Assembly (NCBI RefSeq): GCF_963921235.1
Contig: NC_086097.1
Location: 217,126,001 to 217,190,000, forward strand
Direction of reading: 5' to 3'
DNA: 64,000 bases
From: Mobula hypostoma
Taxonomy: Eukaryota
The stretch's first letter is position 1, and each line of letters begins with the position of its first letter. Of the stretch, positions 36,971-51,319 are shown piece by piece. Under the pieces are notes generated by a model that did no database searches, was not told where the DNA came from, and worked only from the letters and a program-made list of their open reading frames with translations. The position numbers and the translations under genes are program-made.

Positions 36971-39894
36971 ACAATTCAGTTGGATGTTTATCACATCAGT
37001 CCAGGAGGTTTCCATAAAGATTCATAATTTCAAAGACAAAAGCAAGAAAGTCAGCATTTCTTCATTTTGAAATAAATAAAAACCTTTACAAAGAAGAAAG
37101 CAAAAATAGGAAAGAATGAATATTGTAACTTTAGTAGTACAGTATCTAAATTTACTGAAACAGTAGAATTTTTGAAAAGAAATCTAATTCAGTGCAAAGT
37201 CTACTTCATACTTTGTAAATAATCAGCAGATCCAGCAGCAGCTTGTGGTCAGAGTATCAATTAATATTTCAGTTGTTTTATCAAACTCCATCTCTCTCAG
37301 ATTAGTGCCATCTGAGCTGTCAATCAATTCCTATTTGCATTTCAGATTTGCAACATACCAATATTTAAATTCTATATTTTTTGCTCTATGTTAGCCATTT
37401 ATTAAACAGTATATGATTTCTAAATAGTTAAAGCAAAAAGATTTTCTCTTCAGGACTATTTCCACAATTTATGGTTCAATGAGCAATAATTAGCTGGCGT
37501 GAAGTTGAAGACCTACCACCTTTCTGACTTCCTTTCTTCAGCTTTCATGAAGAGCTGTGGAGTTCATCGCTCATCAGTCTAGTCCTTCTTCACCCCTTCT
37601 ATCTGGCCACAAGCCAGATTTGAATATACAGAGGAATCCATCACTGCCAGAACCAGACTCACTGTAGTTAAACACACAGTATTCAGCAGGAGTGACTTGG
37701 AGTAGTTTAAGGATATTTCAGACTTTTATAGAAGAGCTGAAATTGGCACATACGACCTGGGTTGTTCTATTTGCAACAGAGAATGATCATGATCTAGAAA
37801 CAGCAAGGTGCTGGTCCCTTGCTGAATCAAGACAGCTGTTCACAGCAGACATCACTGGACTGCAGAAATGTATTCTTTCAACCTTAAACACTAAACAATC
37901 AGAGGCTGAAATTAACTCCTGGAGTGTATCAGATATCTCCCAGTCAGATTCTTTAAAGTCAAAATTATTTTTTAAAAATTACTTTGTATTCAACTTATAT
38001 ATTTGCAGAATATTTCCCTCTAAGTTTTAAGATTCCTACAACTCATGTACTTTCTCGTAAATTCAGTGAAGTGTTAAATCACATGTGAAACTAGAAAGGT
38101 CTTCAAATTCAGATATTAACTCTCCTTTTCTTCCACAGATGCAGGCTGACCTACTGAGTATTTCCAGCATTTTCTGTTGTTATCTTCAATGACAAGGTGC
38201 GAGGGTGTTTGACTAAAATCAGATAAAGAAATAGCATTAAATTAGACAGAAGAGTCAATGCACTGCCTAATCAACATTTTGGGAAAGTAAGTTTCATTCG
38301 TATTCCCTGATTACTGAAACAATCCACAGACTTTATTGAAGGTTAATTGAGACTCAAAAAGAAGGATAGGAGCAACTTGATGACATTAGCAAATTGCACA
38401 GCTGTTAACATGATGAGTAAATGTAAATCAGTTTCATCCAGGTCAATATATTATGCAAACTGTACAATTAATTGCAAATTAGATCTGATCTGTTAGGCAC
38501 AAAGGACATTTTCACAAGACCTTGTAAATAGCAGAGTGCAAGCTGGAATCAACCCAGTCAGACTGAATTTTTAATTTGCAACATGAAAGTCAATTCCCCA
38601 AATTAAAAGTCAGTAGTTTTTAAATGTAATTTAAGGCATTATAGTTTAGATAAACTAACATTAGGTATTGTAGCACATGGTCTTGCAATCACTAAATCTT
38701 TCACCTCTAAGTTGAGTGCTTTGCTGGGAAGTTCTAACGTAGATTAATGTGTTACCTAACAAATTTCTGCACAGCTTTAGCATTCACCATTAATGTGTCC
38801 ATTTACTTTTAGATTTTTTTTGGAGTTCATTTCAAACAAAGTGTGTCTGGAGTTTGCAGTTAGAATGAACGCACAGTAGCTGAAAAACTGATGAATATCG
38901 AACAAGCACCAGGATCATATTCACTTGTGCCTCACAGGAACCTGCAATCTTATCTACACTTCTCAAAAAAAAGCTAGCTCTATGTCTATACAAACCCCAC
39001 ATCCACAAAATTGTCCTCACGGCAATCTGTGGTCTCACAAAATCACAATGCAAGCTCACGCACTCACTCCCATTCCCAGATTCCAAGCCACGGGATAATT
39101 CCAGCCAGCAGCCGTATATCCGTTTGCTGCTGCACTTGACACTCTCTGCTCCACAGGTTAGGAAGTCTCATCCCAGGAAAGCAGGGAAATGACCACAACT
39201 ATCACAATTCAATTCTCCGTTTCAGAATCACTTTATTGCCAGTCTAGGAAACATACCAGAATTGATAGTGGTTTGGTGCCATGCATTAAACACAGTTCAA
39301 ACCATAACCAACAACACAACAGTAACCAACAATTTACAAGACAACAGTGCAAACAGGCATGAGCAATCAACAATCAGCAGAATGGTCACATGTGCAAACG
39401 TCAATTATCAAACTTAAATAAATATGAACATATAAACAGACCCAATAATTATCAACAGAACAAGGAGAGCAGGAAAGGTCATTTAATGGATGTTCTGATG
39501 GGACAGTTGGGGTATTACACCTGAATGAGTTTTGTTGAGAAGCTGGAAAACTACAGGAAGGAAACTTCGGAGATGATGTGCAGTCCTGGTGGTGATGGAC
39601 TTGTACTTCTTCCTGATGGCAATTTGGTGATTAGCTGACAGCTAGGGTGGGTGGAGTCAGCAGCGATACTTTCACAATCATGAGAAAATCCGCAGATGCT
39701 GGAAATCTGAACAACACACACAAAACTGGAGGAACTCAGCAAGCCAGGCAGCATCTATAGAAAAGAGTACAGTCGACGTTTTGGGCCGAGGCCCTTCAGC
39801 AAAAATTGTGTGAGTAATTTTTTCAGCTCTTTTCTTTTTGCACCTGTTTTTTTCCAAACATACCTTTGCTCATTGCGGCCAAAAAGTTCTATTC

Positions 39895-40741
39895 AAGAGG
39901 TTCAAAGGAGCATCTAAACAAGCCTGATGCATTTTGGAAACAAGTCCTGTGGACCGATGAAGTTAAAATCGAATTCTTTGGCTGCAATGAGCAAAGGTAT
40001 GTTTGGAGAAAAAAGAGTGCCAAATTTCATGAAAAGAACCCCTCCCCAACTGTTAAGTACAGGGGTGGATCGATCATGCTTTGGGCTTGTGTTGCAGCCA
40101 GTGGCACGGGGAACATTTACTGGTAGAGGGAAGAATGAATTCAATCAAATACCAGCAAATTCTGGAAGCAAGCATCACACCGTCTGTAAAAAAGCCGAAG
40201 ATGAAAAGAGGATGGCTTCTACAACAGGTTAATGAACCTAAACACACCTCAAAATCCACAATGGACTACCTCAAGAGGCGCAAGCTGAGGGTTTTGCCAT
40301 GGCCCTCACAGACCGCTGACCTAAACATCATCGAGAATCTGTGGATAGACCTCAAAACAGCAGTGCATGCAAGACAGCCCAAGAATCTCACAGAACTAGA
40401 AGTCTTTTGCAAGGAAGAATGGGCAAAAATCCCCCAAACAAGAATTGAAAGACTCTTAGCTGGCTACAGAAAGTGTTTACAAGCTGTGATACTTGCCAAA
40501 GGGGGTGTTACTAAGTACTGCCATGCAGGGTGCCCAAACTTTTGCTTCGAGCCCTTTTCCTTTTTTGTTATTTTGAAACTGTAAAAGATGGAAATAAAAA
40601 AGTTTTTTTGTTTAAAATATTAAAGAAATGTGTCATCTTTAACCTTGTGCCTTTCAGAAATCAGTTCATCTTTTACTTGCTTAGCTATTCACAGTAACAG
40701 AAATTTTGACCGGGGTGCCCAAACTTTTGCATGCCACTGTA
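39895..40741 (+). mobile_element. Tc1-like transposon, 3' half with right IR/DR end
   Basis: FWKQVLWTDEVKIE..YVWR..GGSIMLWAC; QQVNEPKHTSK; WPSQTADLNIIENLW. GGGTGCCCAAACTTTTGC at ~40528 and ~40713; ends CACTG+TA. Second catalytic D is lost and there is a frameshift at ~40120. Confidence 0.95.
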
Positions 40742-43700
40742 TATGTACGTTGCTAATACATTTACTTTGACTTTGACATATTGAATAATGGAGAAGGTTT
40801 GAAGGGGCTAAGTGACCTATTCCTGTTCCTGCCTTCTTATAAGAGCTGGGAGGTAATACTAAAACAGTGTGTAATATGATCACAGCTAGAGTACAATGTA
40901 CATTTCTGGGTAAGACATTACCAAAAAGAGATAGTTGTTCTGGAGAGGGTAAAAGGAGGTTTATGTCACTGGATTAGAAAACCGTGGCTGCAGGGAAGTA
41001 TTGGATATTTTGAAGTTGGTTTCTTTGGACCAGAGGAGGCTGTAAAGAATCTAAAACAAGAGAAATCTTAGATTGGGATGCCCCCACCCCACCAAAAGAA
41101 GAGTTCAAGGATATTATGTAAAAATTAAGTGGTGGGAAAATCTCCCAGAGGTCTAACAGATAGCTAACACAGTAACTTGAAGCATTAAGTATAAAATTGA
41201 GAGGCACATAGTTTGCATAGACAGAAGAGATCTGTTTTGCTTTGCAGAGAATTCAAAAACCAGCACACTTAATTTCTGAAAGCATAAACTCCAACCCATC
41301 GGACTTTCGGAAAGTGAGAAGCAAGGATTTGTGCACTTGGGGATTAAAATCGTAATTGGTAAAAGGATTAGAAGGCAGATGAGGAAACGTCTTTGGGGTC
41401 TGGAACTCTCTGCCTGAAATGGTAGTGGGAAGCAGAATTCCTCACCACATTTAAAATGGGAGTTGAATATATACTGTACTTGAAAAGTCATGACCAGTGG
41501 AGCTACAGCCCAGAATGTAGTTCATTTCTGACACTGATCTAATTCTTCAAATGGCTTATTTCTATGTTGTAAATCTTCCATGGTAATTTATTTGTGATTC
41601 TTATTTTAGGTTTTATCCTTTCGCTGACTGATCTATCTTTTCCAGCATTGTTATATCTCATTTTTTCCTATAAGAATACACAGATAGACCCCTAGTTGGA
41701 CAGTTTCAAGTTAAACTGATTCATGCAAAACAATTTATATAACGCTTCAATAAATGCTGTTCCTGGATTCAAATTTACCTATTACACTGGTTTAGTGCTC
41801 AGAATGAGGTTACAAGAACAAGAGTGCTCATGAAAGCAAGGCTAAGTGTGGTCATTATAGCATTATATACAGTATATCTCTACAGCAATGTGATACCGGC
41901 AGCACTACTGTGCTAGAAACTAGCACGAATCCCTGCCTTCCACTGGTACTCCCCTCCTTTCAGTAAGCTGCCCATAGTTCAGTGTAGAAGTGCTGCCCGC
42001 GAGGGCTGGTGTTGGGTAGGCTGAAGCAAGTGTGTGTCTGCTCATCGCTGAGATGTGAAAGTCAGGGCGGCATGCTGAGTGTGAGCTGTTGCTGGGGGCT
42101 GGCAGCAACTGCTCCGTGTGCTGACAGACGACCCACATCCCACCGTCTCTCTCACCACCTCCTGTTGGATCTGATGGAAGCTGCTGTGTCCCATTCTGTT
42201 TGCTGTTCAGCTCGCCCAGAGCAAGATCAGAGATTTCACCAACCAACAAGTTCAAAATCAGCCACCACTGATGTGAATAAAAGTTTTAATATGGCCATCA
42301 ATTTCATTTTTCAGTATTTACAGCATATATCCTTTCCTAACGAAATGGAAATCAATTTTTTGGTATCAGTCCCTATCTCTTTATTTTCACAGACTTAATG
42401 CTTTGAGTTACTGTGTTAGCTATCTGTCAGACCTCTGGGAGATTCTCCCCCCCGCCCCCACACACAGAATTTTTACATAATATCCATGAACTCTTCTTGT
42501 GGGGCTGTGCAATCCCATTCTGAGATCCTATCTTCCTTCAGTTGAGCAAATTTCATCAATTCTACCCAAACTGCCTGATGTTTCTTAAACTCACCTTCTC
42601 ATGAACTGTTACCTGTCAATCAATCCCTGTTGGGTTTAGTTGTTCATTCTTTTGCAGCTTTTCCCCCTCGGATAATGTTTTCTTTGAGTCTTTAGCTCTT
42701 TGTATTCATTGCCCTCTTTTCTTTTTATTTCATTCTATTTTGCTAATTAAAACAGTAACATGAAGAAAGGCAAATTAACTTCAGCTTATGCAGTTAATTA
42801 TACTCTATATTCCATATTAAAACTAATGAAATTCCCATTGATGAGGGAGCAGTCTGGGAAAAAAAACCTTTACCTACTTGTGTTTTGATTCTTACTCATA
42901 CTAATTACCCACTTGGTGACAGTAATACCCACTTAAATCTATTAATGCATTACATCTGATCTTCCAAAGCAGGTAATCATTAAAGAAAATCCATTCTGTG
43001 CACCAAGGGAATTACCTGAATTCAATCGGTTTTGGTATTTTAATCCCTGAATGCACAAGCCTCTAGCCCTTCACGTCATACCAGTCCAAATGGGAATGGA
43101 GTCAATGCACTTGAAGATTTCCCAGCCGCATAGATAAATACCCCCATGGAAGATTTCAGTTTATAACAGAAACTATATTGTGAGTGAGGAAGTTGTTAAA
43201 TTACAGGCTCCTGTTTCTAAAGTGCACATCTTAATCAAAATTCCAGAGATTCGCTACCATCTGAGAGAAGAAATTTCTTGCCACCTTAATATTAAAGGAC
43301 CATCCCCTTATTTTGCAGCCCCTTGTTTGTGACTTTCCCACTAATTAAAACATCTCAACATCCACCCTGTCAAATCCCCTGAGAATTTGACATGTTTCAA
43401 TAAGGTCAACCTTCATTCTTCTAAACTCCAAGGGATCCATATCATTTTGAATAAAGCAAATATATGACCCATATTTGTCACATCTTCACCATAAAGCTCA
43501 AGGTTAAGAGTTTTTTTTATCCTTTAATGGATTTTAAAAAAATATCAGCAAAACTCTATTATTACCTTTTTTAAAAAATTTATCTAAAACACAAACACTT
43601 ATTGAATAGTAGTACAATGCTGCAAAAGTTAGCATGACTGCCAAAGAATAGTGGCTTAACAGAACTCAGTTGAATTCAATACATGGACTTTTTTTGAGTT

Positions 43701-43880
43701 GTATCTTTCTGTGCAGCGAGATGATATTGTATATTACTTGGGAATTCTCCTTATCAACAGGAGTACTTTTATCATAAAGTACAAGAAATATTGTTCCAGT
43801 TCACAGTGCAGCCTTCATTATATTCAGGACTTAATGTGAAGGGCCAAGGCTCAAATTCAAAACACCATTGACAATGAAGG

Positions 43881-44111
43881 TGTGGTAAACCATATATATA
43901 CACGTTGTAACTGGGTTAACTGTCTGGACACGACCCTCTGCTGACTGCCCCTGTGGCTCCTCCCACAGTCCCTGAATAAAGGCGATTTCACCCTGCTCCT
44001 CCCCCTTAGTCCAGGGGCAGACACTCAGCATGGAGGTCATGTTTTACTGCAAATAAAAGCCTTTCAGTATTTACCCTACTCCAGTCTTTTGGAATTATTG
44101 AAGGTGCTTCA
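43881..44111 (+). mobile_element. Solo LTR
   Basis: TG...CA ends, AATAAA inside, flanks GAAGG/AAAGG as an imperfect TSD. Confidence 0.7.
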
Positions 44112-47100
44112 AAAGGTGACTTAACGATGGGGTGAGGATGCTTTTAGAAACTAGCCATTTGGAATAACTTGGAAATTAGGCTGCTGTAGATTGAATGGGA
44201 AACTAACAATGCATTGAAAGTTAAAATTGTGCATTGAAAGTTAACATTGCACATTAAAAAATGTGTACAGATTGCTTTTGTGCAATTTCATAATGTTAGG
44301 TTTGAATACACCATCAGGTTGGTGTGGTAATGTGCCAATTGTTATTAATTGTAGGCCACCTGAAACAATGCAGCTATTTCATATCAGCCATTACTATACA
44401 AGGTACAAGTAACATCCCAGAAATAGTTTGTGAATTGAAAGGGATGGAGGAATTTGCATTCATTGGGGAAGTGGTACAGAACCAGCTGTTGAAGCTGTGG
44501 TCTCCAGAACAAGTTCTGAATCTTGTTTCATTTCAAGCAAGGGTCTTAAAAGAAGTGGCTAGTGAGACAGTTGATATATGGGTCTTAATTTTTTCAAAAT
44601 TCCCTATATTCAGCAAAGATCCAATTATTTTGAAGAATAGCAAATTTAGCTCCTTTGTTCAAAATGGGAGATGGGCTGAAAGCAGAAATCTGTAATCTAC
44701 AAGCAAAATATTTTAAGTTCTTATTAAAGTCATAATAGTAGAAAACACCTTTGTTCTGGATAACTTACAGCCTGAGTACATGAACCTGGCAAAGTTTAAA
44801 TTGTTTCTTTGATTTATTAAAACTCAGGCTATAACTATTACTAAAGAGATTTGTAGGTTTGGTACTTTTTCTAAAGCCATAAAATAATATCTATTATAAT
44901 AGTGAGGTACTTTGTTACAGATATCATGCCTTTAATTTCTAGATTATGTAGCTATAGATGAAGCAAAGTATCAATAAATATGTTGAGGCAGCACTGTAAA
45001 CTTTATATTAAAAGCTGAAAAAATCTTGGGAGGTTTGAAAGCATGTCAGGCAAAGTACACCCAAAGAAAATATACAGCCAATATGCACACAAGATGCCAT
45101 CCTTCATTAAAGACTGCTACCATCCGGGCCGTGCCCTCTTTTCATTGTTGGCACCAGCAGTTTGAAAACCCACACTTTAGCTTTCAAGAATACCTGCTTC
45201 TTCACTTCCATCAGGTCCTGAACCCAACCAAAAATCCCCAATTCCACTTCAAGCTATGTTTCCCTCAGATTGCACTGGTGTCATTATGTCTATTTTAGTT
45301 TATTTTGTTGTGCAAGTCATGTATAATTAATATGCTAATTTAAGTTTAAGTAATTTCCATTTGTCATGTTTGTAGTGTACTCTGTTCTGTTGCTAAAACC
45401 TAATTCTCTTGGCATTTATATAAGAGAGAAAATTATAAACCTTTTTCCCCTGGCAGGGCAGTTTAGAACTAGAGGTTACAGTTTAAGGTGAGAGGGGAGA
45501 AATTTAAAGACCTGTGTGGTGGCGTTTATCTGGAATGGCTGACAGAGGAGGTAATAAAGTGAGATACAGAAGTTTACAGGCCTAATACAAATCAATTGCA
45601 TTAATGTAGGCTTCATGGTTGGCATGGATGATGTGCGGTATAATCCTACAAAGGATATTTTTCTGCCTTCTGTACAGTTAAATATTAGCAAGATGTCCAG
45701 AGAATTTACCTGCGTTTCCTGGATTATACCATGGCATGTTCAACTGACAAGATTGGAAGTAACTATGACCTTCCAGTGGCAGCGTCTATTATCCCTATTA
45801 CATTGCTGCAGTGCTAACATCTGAGATAGTTACTAGTAGCTGTGGATTCGCTTCTCCGATTCAGTTCCACAGTGAGTCATGCCCACTGGATGTCACACAC
45901 TGTCCTGCGTAGTAAATAAGGTAACTACCATCTCCATGAACCAGAGCAATAAGTGTACTTGGCAACGCTCTATCAATATGTTCGATCAACCTTAACATAG
46001 CTTGCACAACCGGAAGGATCAAAGCTGCCAAAGGTGATCCAGCGATGCCGCCTTGCAGGAAACAGTGCAAGCAATGTGTCCTCATCAGTGACAAGATGCT
46101 GTAACTACTGGTGACATACAGAGAAAATACAGACTTAGCTGTTGCAGGTTCCCTAATGATGCCATTTTAGTAATTGCCACTCTTATCCTAAATAGCAAGG
46201 TTACATGTAGGGACAAGTCTCTGAGAACACAGAGAGTAACACACACAAAATGCTGGAGGAAGCCAGCAAATCAGGTAGCATCTATGGAAGAGAATAAGCA
46301 GTCGATATTTCAGGCTGAGACCCATCATTGGGACTGCTGTTCTTGAGAACACAATAGGTGGGCCAGAAGAGAAACTGCTCACAAAATAGCTGAAAATAAT
46401 CTTGACAGTTCCAAAAAACTGCTTAAATAACATTAAATATTGAAATAATTCCAAAAATGTAATATTCATTGTGTTGACCTTCCTTCCCTTGGTCTCCATT
46501 CAAATGAACTAGCTCACCTTTCCTGTGAAGTTCTCTATTAGTGCAGGTTTAGCCCACAGATTCCCTTATGTAATTGCTGGTATATTGCAGCAAGGTCATG
46601 CTCCACGTGAGTCCAAAAGCCGAGAATAATCAGAAATCACCGATGGAACTCAGCCAACAAGTTCAGAATTTAACAGTTTTGTGGGAGCACCAAACTTCCT
46701 AATACTTACATAAGGCAATGCCAGCAGTTTGCCAGGAAATGCCAGATTTTTCCAACAAGTTCCAGTCCATTATCTCATTCTAAAAATAGTACTTCTAACA
46801 ATACAGTGTTCTTTTTAATCGCGCTTAAGATGAAATCTAATCTGTAGAAAATTGTCCAGTGTATTATTAAAATGCCCATTTGGTGTGCAAAGAACATTGC
46901 CAAAAAAGTTCTCTCTTCTTCTTTCCTTATCACAACTTTGCTCCTTTGTGATTGAGGATGTCTTGCTCCCAATGTGCGTTCTGAGATGTTTAATGGGTAC
47001 GTAGTCCGCCACAAGTCAGACTGTTGATCCTTGATGGACGAGGGTGAGTTGTATGGAAAGTTAGGGCTCCTCCCATTAATAAATGACCCATGGTAGCGGC

Positions 47101-47309
47101 TTGAAGTACTTGGTGCCTTCCCTCTACTACTTCTCTAATCTGAATGGCCCTCGACCAGGGATTCTTTGAGTCACTGAGTGCCTTACAATTTCTTCAAGGA
47201 AGCTATGGGAACATACTTGATGAGTTTTATTTGTCCTCCTCAAAGTCTTGTACCATAGCAAAGCTTAGAATGGAATTCTCATTTTGTGAGTCCAGCGTCC
47301 AACCTGCAG

Positions 47310-47785
47310 AGGGTGTAGCAGGAAAGCAGCATCCATTATCAAGACCCCCCACCACACAACTCATGTCCTTTCCTCACTGCTGCCATCAGGAAGATGGTAC
47401 AGAAGCCTCGGGACTGACACCAATAGATTTGGGGACAGTTATTACTCCTCAACCATCAAGTTCCTGAACCACAGAGGATAACTTACTCAACTTCACTCGC
47501 CCCATCACTGAACCGTTCCCACAACTGATGGATTCACTTTCCTGGATGCTTTACCTCATGCTTTTGATATTTAATTCTTATTTATTTATTACTTTTCTCT
47601 ATTTCATATTTGCACAGTTCGCTGTCCTTTATGCATTGGTTGTTTGTCCGTTCTGCTGAGTGCAGTCTTTCATTGATTCTATTGTGTTTCTTGGATTACT
47701 GTGTATGCCTGCAAGGAAATGGATCTTAGGGTTGTGTATGGTGACATCTATATACTTCGATAATAAACTTACTTCGAACTTTGAT
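47310..47785 (+). mobile_element. Rex/Babar-like LINE 3' end
   Basis: Similar to 7730-8140 (LLPSGRWYRSL..SYYSSTIK; same 3'UTR and tail). Confidence 0.85.
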
Positions 47786-48385
47786 GCTGTGAATGCTGTT
47801 CTGGGAGAGGACACTGATGTGTGTTGACCTATCCTCCCCATAGATGTGTTGGTGGCACCTTCTGTGTTTCTATGTACCTACTGTAGGTTGTCCATTCTGC
47901 AGAGCCGGAAGAGAGGGAGCACTCCTGCTTCATCGACCTTGACCTTGATGCTAGTTCGAGACCTTTGAATTCGAACCAACCAAAACCTTTCTCCACGAGG
48001 CAGGTAACAGTGATTTTTGTCATCGAGTCTGCATTTTTGAAGAGTCAATTCCCAAAATATGAAAAGTGATCCACTTTTTCTAGGGTCTCACAAACTATCA
48101 AGATTGTCAGCATTCAGATGTCACACCCTGCAAATTTTCAGTTTATTAATAGTTTTGGTCATGGGGTTTTCACAGCATATAACAAGGTTATTCAGACCAC
48201 TGAGTCTATGCCATTTTCCCCATATCGCACTATTTTATTCCGTTTTTCTTCAGTACTTTTCCATCTCTGTCTATGGCACATTTTAACCCCTTTTCAGTCA
48301 CAGAATTCAAACCCATACTAGCTGCATGAAAAATATTTTTCCACAAATCACACTTGTCCCTATTGCCCATTAATTTAATTTACAC

Positions 48386-48875
48386 CAGTGGTTCCCAAAG
48401 TGTGGGATATTGCCCCTCCAAGAGGGGATATTGCCCCTCTTGGAGATGCTGTGAGTTTCTAAAGGGGCGATTAAGGGGGGACTCGGTACCAAGAGGGGCA
48501 GCTGAGGGGTTACAAGCTTAATTTAAGAGATGAATGACTTATTATAAGCATTTGATCCTCAGTGCCTCATAAATTATTACAATGATCACATAATCACCTC
48601 ATCTCTCACTAACCTACTGTCCTCTTACATTTTGCTCGAAGCTCGTCCCTCTTCCTTTCCAGTCCTGAAGAAGGATCTCGGCCCAAATTGTTGACTGTTT
48701 GTTCATTGACATGGATGCTGCCTAACCTGCTGAATTCCTCCAGCACTGTGTGTGTGTTCTTTCACTGTGCATCTAAAATCAAATTTCTTTATAGTTTTTA
48801 TGTATGGCAGGGAAGTGGAAGGATGTGGTCTGTGAGCCAATGGGGTGGTAACCCAAAAAGTTTTGGGAACCACTG
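48386..48875. mobile_element. hAT-like non-autonomous element with a nested Penelope end
   Basis: TIR CAGTGGTTCCCAAA / TTTGGGAACCACTG; 8-bp TSD ATTTACAC/ATCTACAC; Penelope piece at ~48600-48760. Confidence 0.85.
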
Positions 48876-49032
48876 ATCTACACCCTTTGGTCTCAATGTT
48901 CCACTAATGGACCCAGTTTCTCTTCAGGAGTTTTGTTGAAATAATACCACTTTTGATCACTTCAGTTTTCTAATCACCTTTGAACTTCTTTGGAACAAGA
49001 ACCATTCCAGTTTCACCTATCTATACTTGTTT

Positions 49033-49315
49033 CCCCCCAAAATTGAAGGTGTCAGGAAAGTGATTAGAAAGGCAAATTGCATTCTGGTCCTTATAAATAT
49101 GGGTACTCAATAAAAGCCAAGCATGTTGTCGAGCCATCACAGCCTTCCCACAGATGGATACTGTATCCCTATTGAAAACTGTATCTCAAATAAAGCCAAA
49201 ATACTATCTTGTAGAGAGGCAACATGCTTGGCTTTTATTGAGTACCCATATTTATAAAGACCAGAATACAATTTGCCTTTCTAACCACTTTCCTGACACT
49301 TCCAATTTTTGGGGG
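49033..49315. repeat. Long inverted repeat (~96-bp arms)
   Basis: 49033-49128 is the near-perfect reverse complement of 49220-49315. Confidence 0.92.
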
Positions 49316-50362
49316 CACACAATTCAATCTCTGGTTCTGCATTCACCTACAATTAGCAGTATATTTTCTTTATAATATCCCTGCTTCTCATTTTTCTATG
49401 AAAAATCAACCATTTGGCATTTCATTGAATTTTATCCACCCCACATTTTGCCAGACTCTATTAATTCTTGTCTTTCCCAATGATTTATCAAACTTCACAT
49501 GATTTGTCAATGGAAACTTTTAAATTTCCTGAAGTGCATCTTGGACAGAGCTGTGTAAAGGCTGAACTGGGGTCAATCTAAACATAGGCACTATTTAATT
49601 AGCACCAGTGAGTGGCAGGCAACCAATGTGTCACAAAACAGATCCAGTGATGAGATTGCAGTGGCACAGTGGGAAGCGCAAGGAGCAGAAAGGCAGATTG
49701 TTCTGGATAAAATACAAAACAGCAACAAGCTGCTCCTGACCCCAACAAATTAAAACTTATCTTTTTGGGGCCTTTTCTACCATAACACCACTGAAAATGA
49801 CTCAAGTGTATGACGCACACATCTGCACAGAAAGTTAGGTAATAAGCTGTAGGATCTGTCTTACAAATTAAAATGGGTACCTGTATCACCTGAAACAAGA
49901 AGCGTGGAGTCCAGCCAGAAAAGGAAGCCGCCACAATATTGGTGCGATTTTGGCAGCCCTATTTTGATGTCATTCAGAGCTCACTAACTTCAATCTAAAC
50001 CAGGTCAAAATTGGGCTTGTGCCAGAATTCACTATGGATTTATTTGATTTTTTTTGTATTTTATAGAAGATAATAATGTGAATGAAGTCAGCAAGGCAAG
50101 AAGTGCTGAACTGTCCGTATCATTTTCATTAAAAAATAGAATTATTTAAAACCATTGATTCCACTAAATTGGCAAAACAATCCGAAAGAGGGGAGCCAAG
50201 GAATGAAAATAAATTGTGAGAGTATGAGAAAAAACGTTTATCTCATTTGGATTAGATATTATTAAAATCAATGATCTTGTGTCAATTAGCTAAAAAAAAA
50301 CTCTAACAATCAGAAAGTTTAATTAGGTCTCAGTTATTAATAGGCTAAAGTAGGAGGACCAA

Positions 50363-50396
<34 letters not shown>

Positions 50397-50651
50397 CACA
50401 CACATACACACACAACACACACATACACACACACACAACACACACACACACACACATACACACACACACACACACATATACACATACACAACACACACAC
50501 ACACATACACACAACACACACATACACACACACACACACAACACACACACACACATACACACAACACACACATACACACAACACACACATACACACACAC
50601 ATACACACACACACACACACAACACACACACACAACACACACACACACACA
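50363..50651. repeat. Interrupted (CA)n microsatellite
   Basis: About 290 bp of CA repeats with CAA/CAT interruptions. Confidence 0.98.
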
Positions 50652-51319
50652 AATGCTTCCAGACATCATACATGTTTCACAATTATTGTTGAGGCCTGGC
50701 CACAGGTTGTGGGTGCCTTTTGCAGAATTCATCTTCCTGCATCAACTTTGTCCTACCTTAGTGCCCAGTGGAGGAAAGTTCGCAAGGGAGTGGAAAGGAA
50801 TACTTGGATTTTAACTCTGGATTCCTTATTTTCTCCACCCAAAAATTCCTAAACAATCATGATTTTAGGCTCAATTTATGTGCATTCTGACTACAGCCAG
50901 GCACTTGCACCTATCACTCTTATTTCCAAAAGTAAAATTCTGCAAATGTGAAATTAAGTAAAAGGAAAATGGTTTCCCAATCATGCCTCAACTCAAATAA
51001 TTTCTCTGTACTCAGGTACCTTTATTGCAGAACCCTTCAACGCTCCTCAATCTTCCTGTCATCCTAAGCATAGCCCCCCCCCCCCACCCCCTTAGGTAAG
51101 TCTCTAACTTCCCTCGGTCTGACATCATCCTATTATATAATAATAGTGACTATTGATGCACCCATCACTGCATCTTTACAACTAATAATCCTCAACTGCT
51201 CCATCTTGATAACCTTCCTCCACTGTGGACTAATCTGGCCGATCTACTTTCTGTTTAAATTACCCCACTCATTTTTTTTTCTGTATGTCAGCTGAATCAC
51301 TCGGCATACTTCTTTCCAA

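Noticed and set aside
41920..42398. Overlapping 111-aa and 129-aa ORFs as a host gene
   Set aside because: No recognisable domain or convincing splice signals; kept only as an unexplained island.
45700..47140. Possible minus-strand exons or ORFs in unique-looking sequence
   Set aside because: Splice-like ends exist, but the frames I read contain stops or give no recognisable protein.
50323..50732. Cys/Val-rich ORFs
   Set aside because: They are translations of the (CA)n microsatellite.
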